Position numbers and translations under genes: made by a program. From the NCBI GenBank assembly GCA_965644295.1, contig CBFFRP010000263.1:186001-250000 (forward strand): a DNA stretch of 64,000 nt, in the 5' to 3' direction. The stretch comes from Paraphysomonas bandaiensis. Its lineage: Eukaryota > Protista > Chrysophyceae. The stretch's first letter is position 1; the number at the start of each line of letters is the position of its first letter. Positions 1 to 13,207 of this stretch are shown here, one piece after another. The notes beneath the pieces were generated by a model. The model did no database searches. It worked only from the letters and a program-made list of their open reading frames with translations, and had not been told where the DNA came from.

Positions 1-495
1 ATATTATTACAACAGCGTATTACATACTCGGCTTTTGTTGCTGGACTAACTGGACTCTTCCCTGCGGCATCAACTTTCGACTTGACAGTATTACATGTGG
101 CCTAATATATACAAATGAGATGTACAAACAAACAAACCAGGTCCTATAGTACTTGAAATTTTGTCAAAAGGTCTCCAATTTCACCCACTGCACCATCTAG
201 ATTGGACCCCGCGGAATTAACGGACGCCCTCTGAGGCATCCTAAACTCATTTGAACTGCCGCCTCTATTATTATCAGATGTACCGAAATCAGTAAACGAC
301 ATTTCTATTCTCTAAGCTTAAAGCTTTCGAGAAGGACTACCTCTAAAATATAGAAAACAAATAATATTGCCCTCTGTCCTAATATACCACAAGGAAAATA
401 TAATGAGCGAAACCAGAAGAGTAAGCTGCTGTATAGGTATGCATATACACAGGAAGCATACTGCTGTACAGAGGAGAAAAACCAACCAAACATGT

Positions 496-790
496 GATCG
501 TACCTCTGTATGTATGTATGTATGTATGTATGTATGTATGTATGTATGTATGTATGTATGTATGTATGTATGTATGTATGTATGATCGTACCTCTGTATG
601 TATGTATGTATGTATGTATGTATGTATGTATGTATGTATGTATGTATGTATGTATGTATGTATGTATGTATGTATGTATGTATGTATGTATGTATGTATG
701 TATGTATGTATGTATGTATGTATGTATGTATGTATGTATGTATGTATGTATGTATGTATGTATGTATGTATGTATGTATGTATGTATGCA
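496..790. repeat. (TATG)n microsatellite with two GATCGTACCTCT interruptions
   Basis: Direct reading; explains the HTYI/MYVC ORFs at 305-1018. Confidence 0.97.
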
Positions 791-2747
791 TGGTATACTG
801 GAGTACAGCAGTATGAGGATATGGTCAAGAGGTATGTGGAATTGTCTACTCGTCTCATCTGTGTGGGTGCGATTTTGATGATGTCTTGCCATTAGTCCCA
901 AGCTAAGTGGATCATGAAGAAATTCTTGATCTGGGTGATATCCGGGTACAGATTGATAGTTTAATTCGTCAGCACCCTGCTTTGATCGAAGCTTCGCATT
1001 TCGATAAGCAGAAGTCAAGAGTCAGCGTGACGGGAAAATAACTGAACGGATGTGGAAAAACACAAGCGCAAGACTTTCTAGCAAATGATGAAGTACCTGA
1101 AGACGAGGGTGAAATCTGTAAGGAGAAGAAGGAGGAAGACAACCGAAAACACAATAATGCACGCATGAAGCTGCCAACACGACATCGTTGCATATTTATT
1201 GCATTTGTATTTTGTATAGAACTATGAATGCTTGTGAGATGTTGTTTAGCAGAACTAAGGTTGTTATGACTGGTTTTCGTAAGCAAATGACATATAAGCA
1301 TTAAATTGAATGCTTGGCCAACGTATAATGTTAGCTAAAGCGAATTTTCTTCTGCGATTCAATATGATATCTGGAGTATCACGATTTTTCAAACAACCTA
1401 TTTTCGGCATTTTTTTGCCATTTTAGCCTTCCTCACGTTCTGGTGTCTAGTGTACATGCGGTCAGTGGTCCATGAGTGGCGATCTCCAAAATTATACATA
1501 CATCATCTGTGAATAATATCTCGTTAGTGTCTAGGAATATAGTGATCTATATATATGAATGATAGCGTCAAACACCCCAAGTAAAACACTTTTCTGAGTT
1601 CTTATCTGTATCATCCACACTCTGGACATAATCCATATACCCTAGATATTAATTCCCTGATAATCCAGCAGAATCTTCATTATGCACTATCATGCAACAT
1701 GTTAGAAAGATTTCGCTTTTATTGTGAGATGTGTTTAACCGGAACTATGATCTCAGGTTAAGAGCAGAAGTCATCGCACAAACAGTTTCGTTGTTCGTTA
1801 CGCATCAAACAAAAAAGGTATAGTCACACGTAAGCGCACTGTCATCGTACATGTATATCACACTACATACATACATATATATAATATGGTAATAATGTCC
1901 ATACGACTCTACACAGGCGGGGTAATTACACTGAATTGTTGAGCTTTGCTTTTTGTGAGCAATTAAAATCTGTAGCTTCTAAGATATTTAAATTATATCC
2001 GTTACTCAAAGAATACAGTAGTAGCTAACTGTATTATGAGAACCAATAATATGATAGCCATTGTAGTGATGAAACTGAAATATACTGACTGTGCAAGCTA
2101 GTGACGATGTAAGATCGTAGTAGAAATGGTTGGTGTTGTACAGATAAAAAGAGTTGGTGAACGTCAATGAATGAAGTGTGGTATCTCTTATCAGTTATAA
2201 TTATATAATATTCTATATAAGTGTTTATCAAGGTCTTATTACTTGAAATGCCAATTTCTAACATGAATTCTCCTCACAGCTATTCCTAGTATCATGTTGT
2301 GTGCCAGTTTACAGTAGTGGATGTGATTGTCTGTTCTACTTTCTCTTCAGAACACCTATTCTTACAGGACATTCCCGGCATTGCCGAGACTCTATTGCAA
2401 CCTCGTTGTTATTATCATCTATTTTCTCAAAGAACACTCATGCAATGACTTTTGGTACCAGTTTATTGCTCACATCACCAATTAATTATTTTGGAGTTGA
2501 CATGTAGGTACTACTTCACTGTATAATATATAATATGGCAATAGGAACTGATGTTTAATCCAATACAAAAATAGACTCACAAGAGTTATGGATTGAATAT
2601 TATTGTTAAAAACGAACAAATCAGATTTAGTAGGTATGTTTCTAATAAGAAGTTCTCACTGTAATACAACAACAAAGGGTTGACACTGAGCATCACTATT
2701 AACCTGCCATTATCATATTAATTATTACCTGTGAACTCTTAAATAAA

Positions 2748-5700
2748 CTAGCGCCGTATTTTAATTCCTCCGACAAGCCGACGACCTCTGCATCACATTA
2801 CGTAAACGGAGCTACTAGGACGCGGATTATATATTTCTTTACCTGCCGTTCCCGCCTCCCCTATCTCCAACTCTTACAGATGGTCGTTGTATGCCGAGCT
2901 TAGGAAGCGGCATTTCACTTCTGGACCAATCAGTCTCTGCCTCACCAGTATACTCGGGGTAGTATAATGTGAATATATCCCACACGGAGCGGGGTGTGGA
3001 GAGAACTGAATTGACAGACTCTGGATGAGAGTCTCTATGCACATTTGTGCAATTTTCTGAATCTGAAGTGTCTGAGGAGTCATTTGGTATCGGAGAAGGG
3101 ACTACAGCTCCGATGTTGTTCCTGCGTCATCGATCATTTTTCAAGTGAGATGTCGGAACATAATCACGGATTACAATCACAATTCTTTCATATAAATTCG
3201 AACAAATAAAAATGCCATAATAATAACATCTAGTCATTCAAGATGTAGAAAAAAGTAGCGAGGTTATCGTTACCTCATATCAGCTATATCAACATCTTCG
3301 ATCTGATCATCTGCAGGTAGTGAACGATCTTGCGATCGAAGAATATAGTGTGGAGGGTGTTGATCACATACCACAGCCAAACGCACAGTGTCCCAATTAG
3401 TATGTCCGGTGATAATTGAGAGGCGATGGGCTATCGATTCAAACGTATCGTCTTCGCGAATATAACTCAGACATGGACCAGAGTTTGACAGGACCGGCTT
3501 GGCCAGCTGCAAATAAAGTTCAAAGCTATGAACCGCAACAGGAATAGAACGAATCCGTACTCCCCCGCAGACTGTGGCTTTACCCGACATGAACCTCCAC
3601 TCTTCTGCAGTCACATATTGCACCCCCAAACTTTGTGTCGTATATGAAGCACACTCAGAGCTGAAGTATTCAACCCAACTTTCCGGTACAGTACTCAGCT
3701 GTGCAGAAGGCGACAGAATGCTCTTAACTTGATAATTCCATATGCAAAACGCAATAATGGCTGGTTCAGAGCTACCAATAGGAGGAACTAGTGATGGACG
3801 AATCGATCTGAACCAAAGATAGTCTCTAGATTCAAAAGAATTCGTGTCGCTGTTAAATTCTGGCTCATTGTTAGTCGCATCTAACTTTGGCCTTACATCT
3901 CTGGTGTGCTCATTCGCACCTTCCATTCGCCGCTTGGTGCATTTCTGCAACATCCCGTCAGATGCAATACCCGTCTCAAGGACACCCGTGGAGCTAGTAC
4001 TGGGAATACTGCTTTCACGCAATATTTCTTCAGAACGATCTCTATCTGCAGGGCTGCCACCAGTATCCTCATCTGCGAGGCATATATGATGCCGCACAAT
4101 CTGCAGTAGCTCAGACATTTGCAAAGCTTCATCTTTAGGAATATGGAGAAAGATTTTATTGTGGGCGACGAATTCGTCCGGTACAGGTGTAATTCTTTCC
4201 GGCCAAGTAATATCTCGGTAGACGGGTATGAGGTCCATAACGTCAGATATATTGCGGCCCTTCCACTGCTCTAAGTATAACTGTGCAGCCTGGGGAAATA
4301 TCCGCTCAGATAGCCATTCCTCACGCTGAGACCTCATGCGGTGGTCAACTAGCACAATTTCCATCCCACGCACCATGGAATTACCAGAAATTGGGAAGGG
4401 AACACATCCGATCTCCAAATAATACTTACCCTTACTCACAGAATTCATAAATTTCTCCAGAGACACCTTTTGACGAATGGACATAAACATTGACTTCTCA
4501 GAATTCATTTTTGTAGTCCTACCAACAGCTAATCGGCGGTGATCTGGGAAGCGCAGGTGCTTGGACACCGCCTTCGGGACATAAACGCACGACATATCTT
4601 TGGAGAGAGTAATTACAGCTTCACGATTAAAGAAACACTCTACGGGCTGATCATTTTGTGGAATCCCGTTATTCAGAGCTTGTATCCATAATCCGACATT
4701 TCTACGAAAGTAAGGGCTAAAGCTAAAATCACTGTGGGGATATATATGCACCAATACTTTATAAGCTTCGAATTTCAAATATTGCTTAAGCTTTGAGACA
4801 GGTGGTACACTTGTCTCGTCTTCCTCATCACCTGAATGAAGTAAGGTTGGAGGCAGACAGCTGATTATGTCTCCACACTCCACATCAGCATCTTTCAAGT
4901 ACATATCACTGTGCTTATCAATCTCTTTCACATTAAGAGGAGACATCACATTCACAATATCCACGTCCTGCCACGCTGAAGGAACAGATAGATTGAAGTG
5001 TTCAAACGCAGAAGTCAATAGGGCTTGTCCTGTAGAATGCAGAGTCGACACACTTTCGTTTTCTTCTAGAATGACATGCCCGATGTACGTCAAAGGAATA
5101 GCAGCAGCACAGGCCTCTGAGTCAGATCCAGTTGGTGACGCAATCAACGGCGAGTGAGGGAGAGTAAAATCTTCGTCGAATATTTTGAAAAAAATTACGT
5201 TGGAGGTACAAGAGCTTTGGTTAATAGACTCACTCAGAGCGCCGAGTACTTCGCGTGAAAGATCTTCCAGCATGACAATGAGTTCGGTGCGATATCCCTG
5301 TTGCAGTTTTTTGAAAGGAATCCTCCCCTTACCAATACCACAACCTTCACAAGGATCAAAAGTTAGTGTAAACTGAGGAGGCTGTAGATATTGTGCAGCT
5401 GTCTTGAGAATCTCTTTTTCTTTAAGACGAATAGATGAAATTTGCTCCACTAGCTTGGCGTCATTTTGCTCCTGGAACACGTGAATGAAGTAGTATGCTC
5501 CTTGATCATCCACAGGAGTCAAGAGGTCTCCAAAAGTGACCACGCTTCGTACACGAAATACGCCATTAGAACAGCATGTTCCCTTCCAGAGTTCTGAACA
5601 CAGATACGAATTTCAATAATAAAGGCGTGCAAGTGCGTTGACATGAAAAAACAATCAGTACCTATCATATCAGGTGAGGTATTCAGTTCATCGGCAATAG

Positions 5701-8121
5701 CGAGCAGTAGACCGAGATGGAGGCCACCTCTAATGAAATTGATCGATCTCACATTTCGCTGGCTGATGAAGTCTTCATCTGGAGTGATTTCATAGAACAT
5801 GGCAATGTCTTCTTCAAGAAAATAGTTGACTGATACGAAGCATTCGATATGCTTTTGCACCATCATCATTTCCACTTTTTTCATTCTCTCTTCCTCGAGT
5901 CTTAAATTCAGCTCACGTGGTATCTCCACAGGTGACATCATCTGCTACGCGGTCAGTGACGGTGTTAATTCTAGCATAATAAGAAGTTGTACTGGACCTG
6001 TGCTGCTTCTGTCTCTCTGATATAAACAAGCATATACGCTGAGCTGAATCCTGCACCACTCTCCTCGCCGTAACACATCTCTACAGCCTCCCTGCGATCT
6101 GCAGGAAATACATTTTCGTCATCGAATTTGTACCACTTCCCGCGTGTGCTCTTGTCCTTCCCGAATACGCCATCCCAAAACGCATCCTTACCCGTAGGGC
6201 GAATGAATGCGTAGTAGTGCCCACCGTAGACATCCCCCTGCATAGTGCTTAGCACAGTAACAATCACACTCAGCCGAACCACTTACTGCATGAACGAGTA
6301 CACTATGCAGCTGAAAAACGTTGTTCGACACTAGCCCCTCCTCTCCCTCCGTCGTGTCCTTCGTCTCAGGAGAGTCCACAAACTCATTGAGATCCAAACG
6401 CAAGGGAAATTCAAACCGATCGTGAATTTTAGCGAATCCCTAAGTAGAATGCATATAAACACCGTATAAGCTTACTTTGGGCCAAATGTGCGCATATATA
6501 TTACCATTCGCCGCATGTCGAACTCAAATCGTTTGAGATGTATCGTTAGGACGGGAGGAAGCTCTGTAAATATCACGCCTTTCTCAGCATCCTGCTTTCC
6601 CCGCCTAATACATTGTAGAAAAAAGTAAACCTTGGTAAAAGACACAATATGTGGTGCAATAAAACGCACCCTTCTCCTGCGTCGTACTGGTTTTCTCCCG
6701 ACAACATTTCCTTTGCGATGTACTTCCTAAATGACTCGTACACATCCTTGCAGCCTTTTACGTCAAGCTATACATACATAATAGTAACAAGACTTCCGAC
6801 GCATATGACAAGTAAACTCCAAATTGCCCCACTTTGGACTTCGCGATTAGATTGCAACACCACTAACCTGTATGTCATAAAAGTCCTCTTCCCGTGAGCT
6901 CTCATAGGCAATATTTACACAGCGGATGTAGCTCCTGACTTTACCAGCAAACAATTTCTTCACAATGCCATCTGCAGGTGTGCCCTTCATACACTCCTCC
7001 AATTTATCTAGAAGTACTCGGAGCATTTCCTGCACATCCTGCTGCTGGAATGCTTCATAGCTATCCCACCCAAAGGCATGGGTGAGGTCCTTAGTAGAGA
7101 CAGGCCCCGTGCTGGTCTGGGTGTGCTATGAGAACAATCCACAAAAATACATGACGGTTGTATTAAGGATACACAGTATATAAATACACAGTATCACATC
7201 CTTTGTGACAGTACAATTAGGAAACATTACCTGGAGTTGGTTGAAAACATTCTGCAGAGCAAGTGTAGTGGACTCGTCGTATATCTCCTCTGCGAACGGG
7301 ATGATATAAACGCCTTTTCTGAAGGCATTGACGTGGTACAACATCTGCAATATTACGATGAGCCATTACACGCTGAATATAGTGTAAGCCATTACAGGCT
7401 TTCGATATAGGCACCCTGCGCGGCACAAATTCGACAAACACACCTGCAGTAGTGCATTGAGGTAGCACGTTGCTCCAAGATTCTCCAGTCCGACCATGTC
7501 GGTATGCCTTTTAGAATTGTAGTCGAACGGGACATTAGTCAGCGGAATAGGTAGCGCCTGTAGACGCACTTTCACTATAACATATTCATCGGGGGTCACA
7601 AAGTTATGCACATTCGAGCGAATGAAATTCGCATCTATAAGTGCTCGCCCTCTGTCTTCACTATCTCTCTCAGTTTTCACATACACGTAACTGACAACCT
7701 CAGAAGGTATAAAAATATCCGAAGGAGCCGATGGAAGTGGCAAAATAGTAATCGAAAACTTGACATTTAACTTATATCCATCAGGTAACTGATTGCAATT
7801 GTAGAATCCGACATATCCCTTGATTTCATGTTGTGTAATCCGCAATAGTACTCCCCAATCAGCCCCCTTCCATCTGTGTAGATTGGTTGTTGGATCTGTG
7901 TCTATATCCTTATCAAAACAACCGTGAATTATCCTCCTGCACACAGACACATACAATATTATGCAATTTATACAATCCAGCTGCATCACTTACGCCACAT
8001 CTAGCTGCTGCTCCCACTCCAACACATCATCATCATCAATATTAAGGTAGATATTATTATCTACCAACTCATCTACTTGATCTGTGGAATCATTATTCGG
8101 ACGAGGGACGTCGTAGTTCAT
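2748..8121 (-). CDS. Ubiquitin carboxyl-terminal hydrolase, USP7/UBP15-like (MATH-like N-terminus, UCH domain, long divergent C-terminus), multi-exon
   Basis: Cys box VGLENLGATCYLNALLQ, QQDVQEMLRVLLDKLEE, PPVLTIHLKRFEFD, His box GGHYYAFIRP, WYKFDD, SAYMLVYIRE. ATG at 8121 with first intron 7937-7993. Last exon 2748-2787 gives ...GRRLVGGIKIRR*, similar to the USP7 C-terminal IKI motif. Confidence 0.85.
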
Positions 8122-8733
8122 GTTATTTATGTATATCTCCGCTCAGTGTTCTAGTTGCATGATACACCAGCAAGATACAGTAAACCACACACTTATGCAC
8201 TGGAATTATACGTGTGGTAGTCAATTTTAATTGGGTTTAGTTGGTATAAGTCCCACACTACTGATGTAATAACAGAGGAGTGTATTGGGCACCTAACACC
8301 AAAACTTAAATAGTGGACCCACCTCAGCCTTATATATGGGCGCCTGCAGTGTAGTGCACCCCGCATGCATACATACAATACACGTACCGTACTATCTATG
8401 CGGTCATTCTCTATGAATCTTGCTGTATACCCCACACATACACACAGTGTGCATGGGTGTGTTCTGTGCATGCAGCACGACAGAACACTGCATGGAACTC
8501 TGGACCATGACTGTATATATGCTGTAGTTGGCATATACCGTTGTATTTCGAACCCCAGTTGTATGCATGTACGATCGTAGTATATAGCAGTGTGTGTATG
8601 TGTATACTGTACTGGGATACTCAGCTCTGTATGTGTGTGGCCCATATGCTGAAATGCACATAACGCACCACTTCAATTCTATTAACTCACACATCACTCC
8701 TCCATACATTGACCACAATTACCCTTGTGCATC

Positions 8734-10552
8734 ATGAACGCAATAGTATTATCATTCGCGCTCCTGTGTAGCATCAGCATGGGTCTGGGTGACGATCCTC
8801 TCCCCTATGGAGTGGTTAACTTCAAGACATCATGTGCGGACACTGTGGAGGAAGATTTCAACACTGCTGTCAGCATGATGTACTCATTCTGGTATTCTGA
8901 GTCACTGATTATGTTTGATGATATTATTTCAAGAGATCCGAAGTGCTGTATGGCTTACTGGGGCGCAGCGATGACTTACAACCATCCCGTGTGGGATTTT
9001 ATTGAAGACGACCGCTTGGAGGCCGCAGGAGAATACTCTAGTAAAGCGACATCATGTGCTACAACTTCATCAATTACTGATAGAGAGTTGGGATACATTG
9101 AATCCTTAGCAGTATACATGAACACCAGTGACCCTACAATTACTGATCCCGCTAAACGATTACAGAAGTACGCAGATGCTGTCAATTGGAAAGTTTACCA
9201 GCCATACGATCCTATCGACGAGAATGCGGGGTATGTATGACTTATTTATATTCGTCTAATATATAATACATAATATATATTAGTGTAATATATGGCCTGG
9301 CTATGATTGGTGTTGGCTACTACTCGGAGACCGAGCCGGAGGATGGTTTCCCCAACCTCATGCTTGCTGGACTCACAGAGGAGCTTATTGTTCGACGAAA
9401 CAAGGAATCACCTGGTGCCCTACACTATGTGATTCACTCATATGACCAACCTGGATATGCTTTCCGTGCGCTTGATGCGGCCTATAAGTATTGTAATGTT
9501 TCCGTTAAAGTACCTCACGCTCTCCATATGCCATCTCATATATTCAGTGATCTTGGGCTATGGGACGATATGATCACTGCTAACACCCGCTCTATGAACT
9601 CCGCGTACTCCACCGCTTCAGAACCAACAGGAGATTGGTACCATGCATCATACTTTCTAGAATTTGGCTCACTGCAGCGTGCAATGGACTGCGATGCTTT
9701 CAACTTGGTACTCACTATGCAAGAGCTGTCCGTCAGTCAACCCCAAGGATTCAGCGCAGAAGCTGCGGTGCGTGTTCCTACCATGTACTATGTTGAAACT
9801 CGAGATTGGGAAACCGCCGCAGACTTCGATCTGAGCAAATTTTACAGTGTTCCAGCTGAAATGTGGGAGAACAACCCGTGGACCGAGATAACCGCGAATT
9901 TCATTGCTACTGCTGCTAGAGCGATACTCAACTTCCCTGCGGAAGACATTACTGCCTCTAGGCAAGCAGTAGATGATGCAAACACAGCTCTACTCAGTGA
10001 CCCCGATTGGACTATTCACCAGTTACCCTACTGGCGCCTGTCATTTAACGTCATGGTGGAGTCTGCGCGTGCTTGGGAAACGTTTCGTGTCAAGTCTGCC
10101 GATGACGGCATCGAGGCGATGGAGGCAGTAAGAGAATTACAAGTAAAGAGCTGGGCTCCTGAAGTGGCCCACGCATGGGATGCTAACGAGCAGCTTGCAG
10201 AAATGTTTCTCTTGCGAGGTCGAGAGGGAGATATCGAAAGTGCCCTGGCTGCCTACGAGAAAGCAATATCGATATATCCGAATAGGTATCGCTCACTCGC
10301 CGGCGCCGCCAAATGTGCCGATATGCTGAAGAATGATATCAAGGCGAGTCGATACTATGGCGATGTAAGTGGTTTATCACAATTTGCCTGTGTCGTTTGA
10401 CATCTTTTATTCAGCTGATTACTCTTACGTCTGGCCCATTCCCGGACATGTCATTGACTGGTTTCGAGAGTGGTACATGCTCCGATTACTCCCCACTGAG
10501 GAGACCAGAGCTAGCGGATGCATATGATTACTTTTCGCTATCCAATAAGTAG
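8734..10552 (+). CDS. Secreted TPR-like alpha-helical protein of a mainly bacterial family (3 exons)
   Basis: Signal peptide MNAIVLSFALLCSISMG; motifs GVVNFKTSC, YSFWY, DPKCCMAYWGAAM, PGALHYVIHSYD, PHALHMPSHIF, YPNRYRSLAGAA, RPELADAYDYF; introns 9232-9283 and 10365-10413. Confidence 0.75.
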
Positions 10553-10926
10553 ATTTTTTCTGTTGTTATTACTGTGTTACCATCTAAGTGGGAGCGCACA
10601 GTTAGTTTATATCAGCACCGACGCATGTGGATGCATATTTATTCGGCCACCGTTCTCGTATTCAAACATACAGTAGATTGTGTGTCACATTGGACAGTTC
10701 CTATTATGGTGCTAAGTTATTATATATTTAATAATATTGTGAGAGATTTTTTACATCAATTTATTTTGTAATGTCGTACATCATTTGTATTGATGAAATT
10801 TCGAGTACAAGTAGCCTCAGCATTGATAATCACAAGGACGCTCATATATGTGCATTGTTAACTCACAACCTCCTGGAAACCCTGCTGGGTGGCGTAACAA
10901 TTAATTGACGCAGGTGTAGGCACAAC

Positions 10927-11012
10927 CAGGGCCTGGTAACCGTTAATGGTAATGCCATCAAAATTACCGGGAACTGGACTACCATATTAATGAGCCATTA
11001 ATACAGGCCCTA
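10927..11012. mobile_element. Tiny hAT-like MITE relic
   Basis: Terminal inverted repeats CAGGGCCTG / CAGGCCCTA; flanks ggcacaac / atcacaac (6/8 match to an 8-bp TSD). Confidence 0.4.
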
Positions 11013-11079
11013 ATCACAACTATCAACTATTATTACTTGCTGTCCTAATTTACAGAATTGCAATTAACTGATACCAAAC

Positions 11080-11248
11080 TACTTGCTCCAGTAACTGCCA
11101 AATGAAGATTTAATCATAATAATAGTAAGAAGAATTACAATGACGATCGTTCAAATGACGATCATGAATCTTCAACAAATGTTATCATAAATTATAATTT
11201 ATAATATATTTCATTGAACAATTTAATTCACATATAATATCGTCTAAT
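11080..11248 (-). repeat. Dispersed repeat copy (TATTAG-starting family, probable solo-LTR relic)
   Basis: Shares TGAAATATAT...GTTGAAGAT.CATGATCGTCAT...CGATCGTCAT with 14545-14805 and 47236-47677. Confidence 0.6.
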
Positions 11249-12085
11249 AAGATGGATCTTTATACTGCCTCGATATCTTGCTCAACTGAAATTTCATTTC
11301 AGAGTCGTCGATTCATGCTCTAAATGCCGAGGAGTCATACACTTGAGCAAATCAGTCATACTTATCTTAGCTCCCCTTAATAATCTTTTAATTTATTGGT
11401 AGTGGCATTCAAGTATCGAGTCAGCTTGTTAAGACGTGCTCACTTCCGCTGTCTATTACCATTAATCAAACTCTGCGTTTTAAGTTAATTGGTACAGGTA
11501 AGCTACATCATCACTTTCAGGTTGTAAGTTAATTGATACGCAAACCTGATCATCATCATGGAATGGAGGCTTTATCCTTTATCTACGAGGTGCACTTTAG
11601 AAATACTAGTGTAACAAAGTAATTAATTTAGAGTAGTTAATTAAGTTCTAAGTGCTGGTGAAAGCAATGTCTCAGGCTACTAACCCGTGATGCTGATTTT
11701 ATATATAGCTATATATTATAAATGTAATACGCACTAATTCAATGGAGTTATCATGTGTAAAAAATGGTAAGTTATAAGCATTGGTGCGATGGTTGATATC
11801 GATGACAAACGTGATTGTTGACGATCCTCTTTCATACATGTTCATCAATCACTTGTGAAAAATTCTCGTATTGTAGCCACAATATAGAAGCATATAAATT
11901 CAAACCAATACTTAATGTTTAATGGTAGCTGCCGCTGTTTACTAAAATCTACACTAGTCTAGCAAACTAACAAACCATAAGCATTACAACCACAGTGAAC
12001 ATATCAATGTTACAAACCATTCGCACTATGGACAGAAGCCTCACTTTGCCTGTATTATCATTATATATACTATCGTGCGAGTCTA

Positions 12086-12869
12086 TTAAATAACCTTTTT
12101 CTCGGATGCGTCTATCTCAGCGACTGAATAAGCTGCAGATGCGAGCTGAGCCAGATTTACCACTTGCTTGATAGCACATCCAGGCAGACACCCATAAAAA
12201 CATAAATTAAAAATCCAGGGATGGGGATAGAATTTAAGAGTATATAGAAGGACGTAAAAGAGTTCCGCGCCAATGCAGCAGTAGGCGAACAAGAAGGGAA
12301 CAGCGTAGTACCATCTCAGGATAAAATTGCGCTTCTCAAGGGTTTCACTCGCTTTATGATGACCGGATACGCTGTGTACATCATAAGTAAATAAAACAAA
12401 CATTAAAATCTCTGACCTCATGACATGGAACCAGTGGCTGAATATATCTATGCAAATAAGGAGCACAATGCTAAACTTCCAGTCAGGATACAAGTGTGAC
12501 AGCATGAAGAGAAAGCCACATGTGGAGACTCTATCAGTTACCATATCCAAAATGCCCCCAAACTTAGAGCCTGTGACAGGGATTAGGGACAATGCAATTA
12601 TTATCACTGTACATACTCTGCTTGCACGCACGAGCCACAAAGCCGTCAATAGCATCTCCGCCAAAAGCAAGCAAATAAAACACCAAAGTCAGTTGCCACG
12701 AAGAGAGAGCAAAGTAAAATGACATGAACATGAAGAGTATTCTGGCGTACCCTACAAGCAATCATAAAACAATGACAGTAACAATAATACAGGAGCATAC
12801 ATACATACAACAGCACCTACCAATCAAGTTAGGATAAAAGAGCAATACTGACGATGCGGTGACTGGCAT
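12086..12869 (-). CDS. PIS1: CDP-diacylglycerol--inositol 3-phosphatidyltransferase (phosphatidylinositol synthase), multi-exon
   Basis: MPVTASSVLLFYPNLIGYARI; CDP-alcohol motif DAIDGFVAR...SKFGGILDMVTDR; DIFSHWFH; KQVVNLAQL. Confidence 0.92.
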
Positions 12870-13207
12870 GACTGCGGGTGAATATACAAGTGTAATGAAT
12901 TACTGTTAGGAATGTATGTCTTAAGGTGTATACAACTAAAAAGTTTAATATAGCTGTGAGATGTGGCAGCATGTGGACGATACATATGGTCGATATTTTT
13001 ATATATTCCAGATTTTTAGCTATGCTGTATTCTCAAACAACGAAAAAGGTCGATTTTTTGCCTGGTCGACTAATGTACATACATACAGCAGGTTCCTACC
13101 TACAGTACATCAGTGTATTGATGATCCCATTTAAGGGTGAATCTTACCAAGTTGCATCAACAGACACCACCATGCATCGCTAGTTATTTACCCATTCCGT
13201 CTCAGAT

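Noticed and set aside
305-1018. ORFs with HTYI/MYVC repeats
   Set aside because: Translation of the (TATG)n microsatellite.
2032-2263. Solo LTR (TATTA...ATGCCAATTTCTAACA) resembling the copia U5 ends
   Set aside because: No TSD, ATG spacing differs by one, and no clear internal alignment to the LTRs in this window.
8193-8718. Overlapping 70-150-aa ORFs between USP7-like and TPR genes
   Set aside because: Low-complexity CA/TG-rich divergent promoter region; no recognisable motifs.
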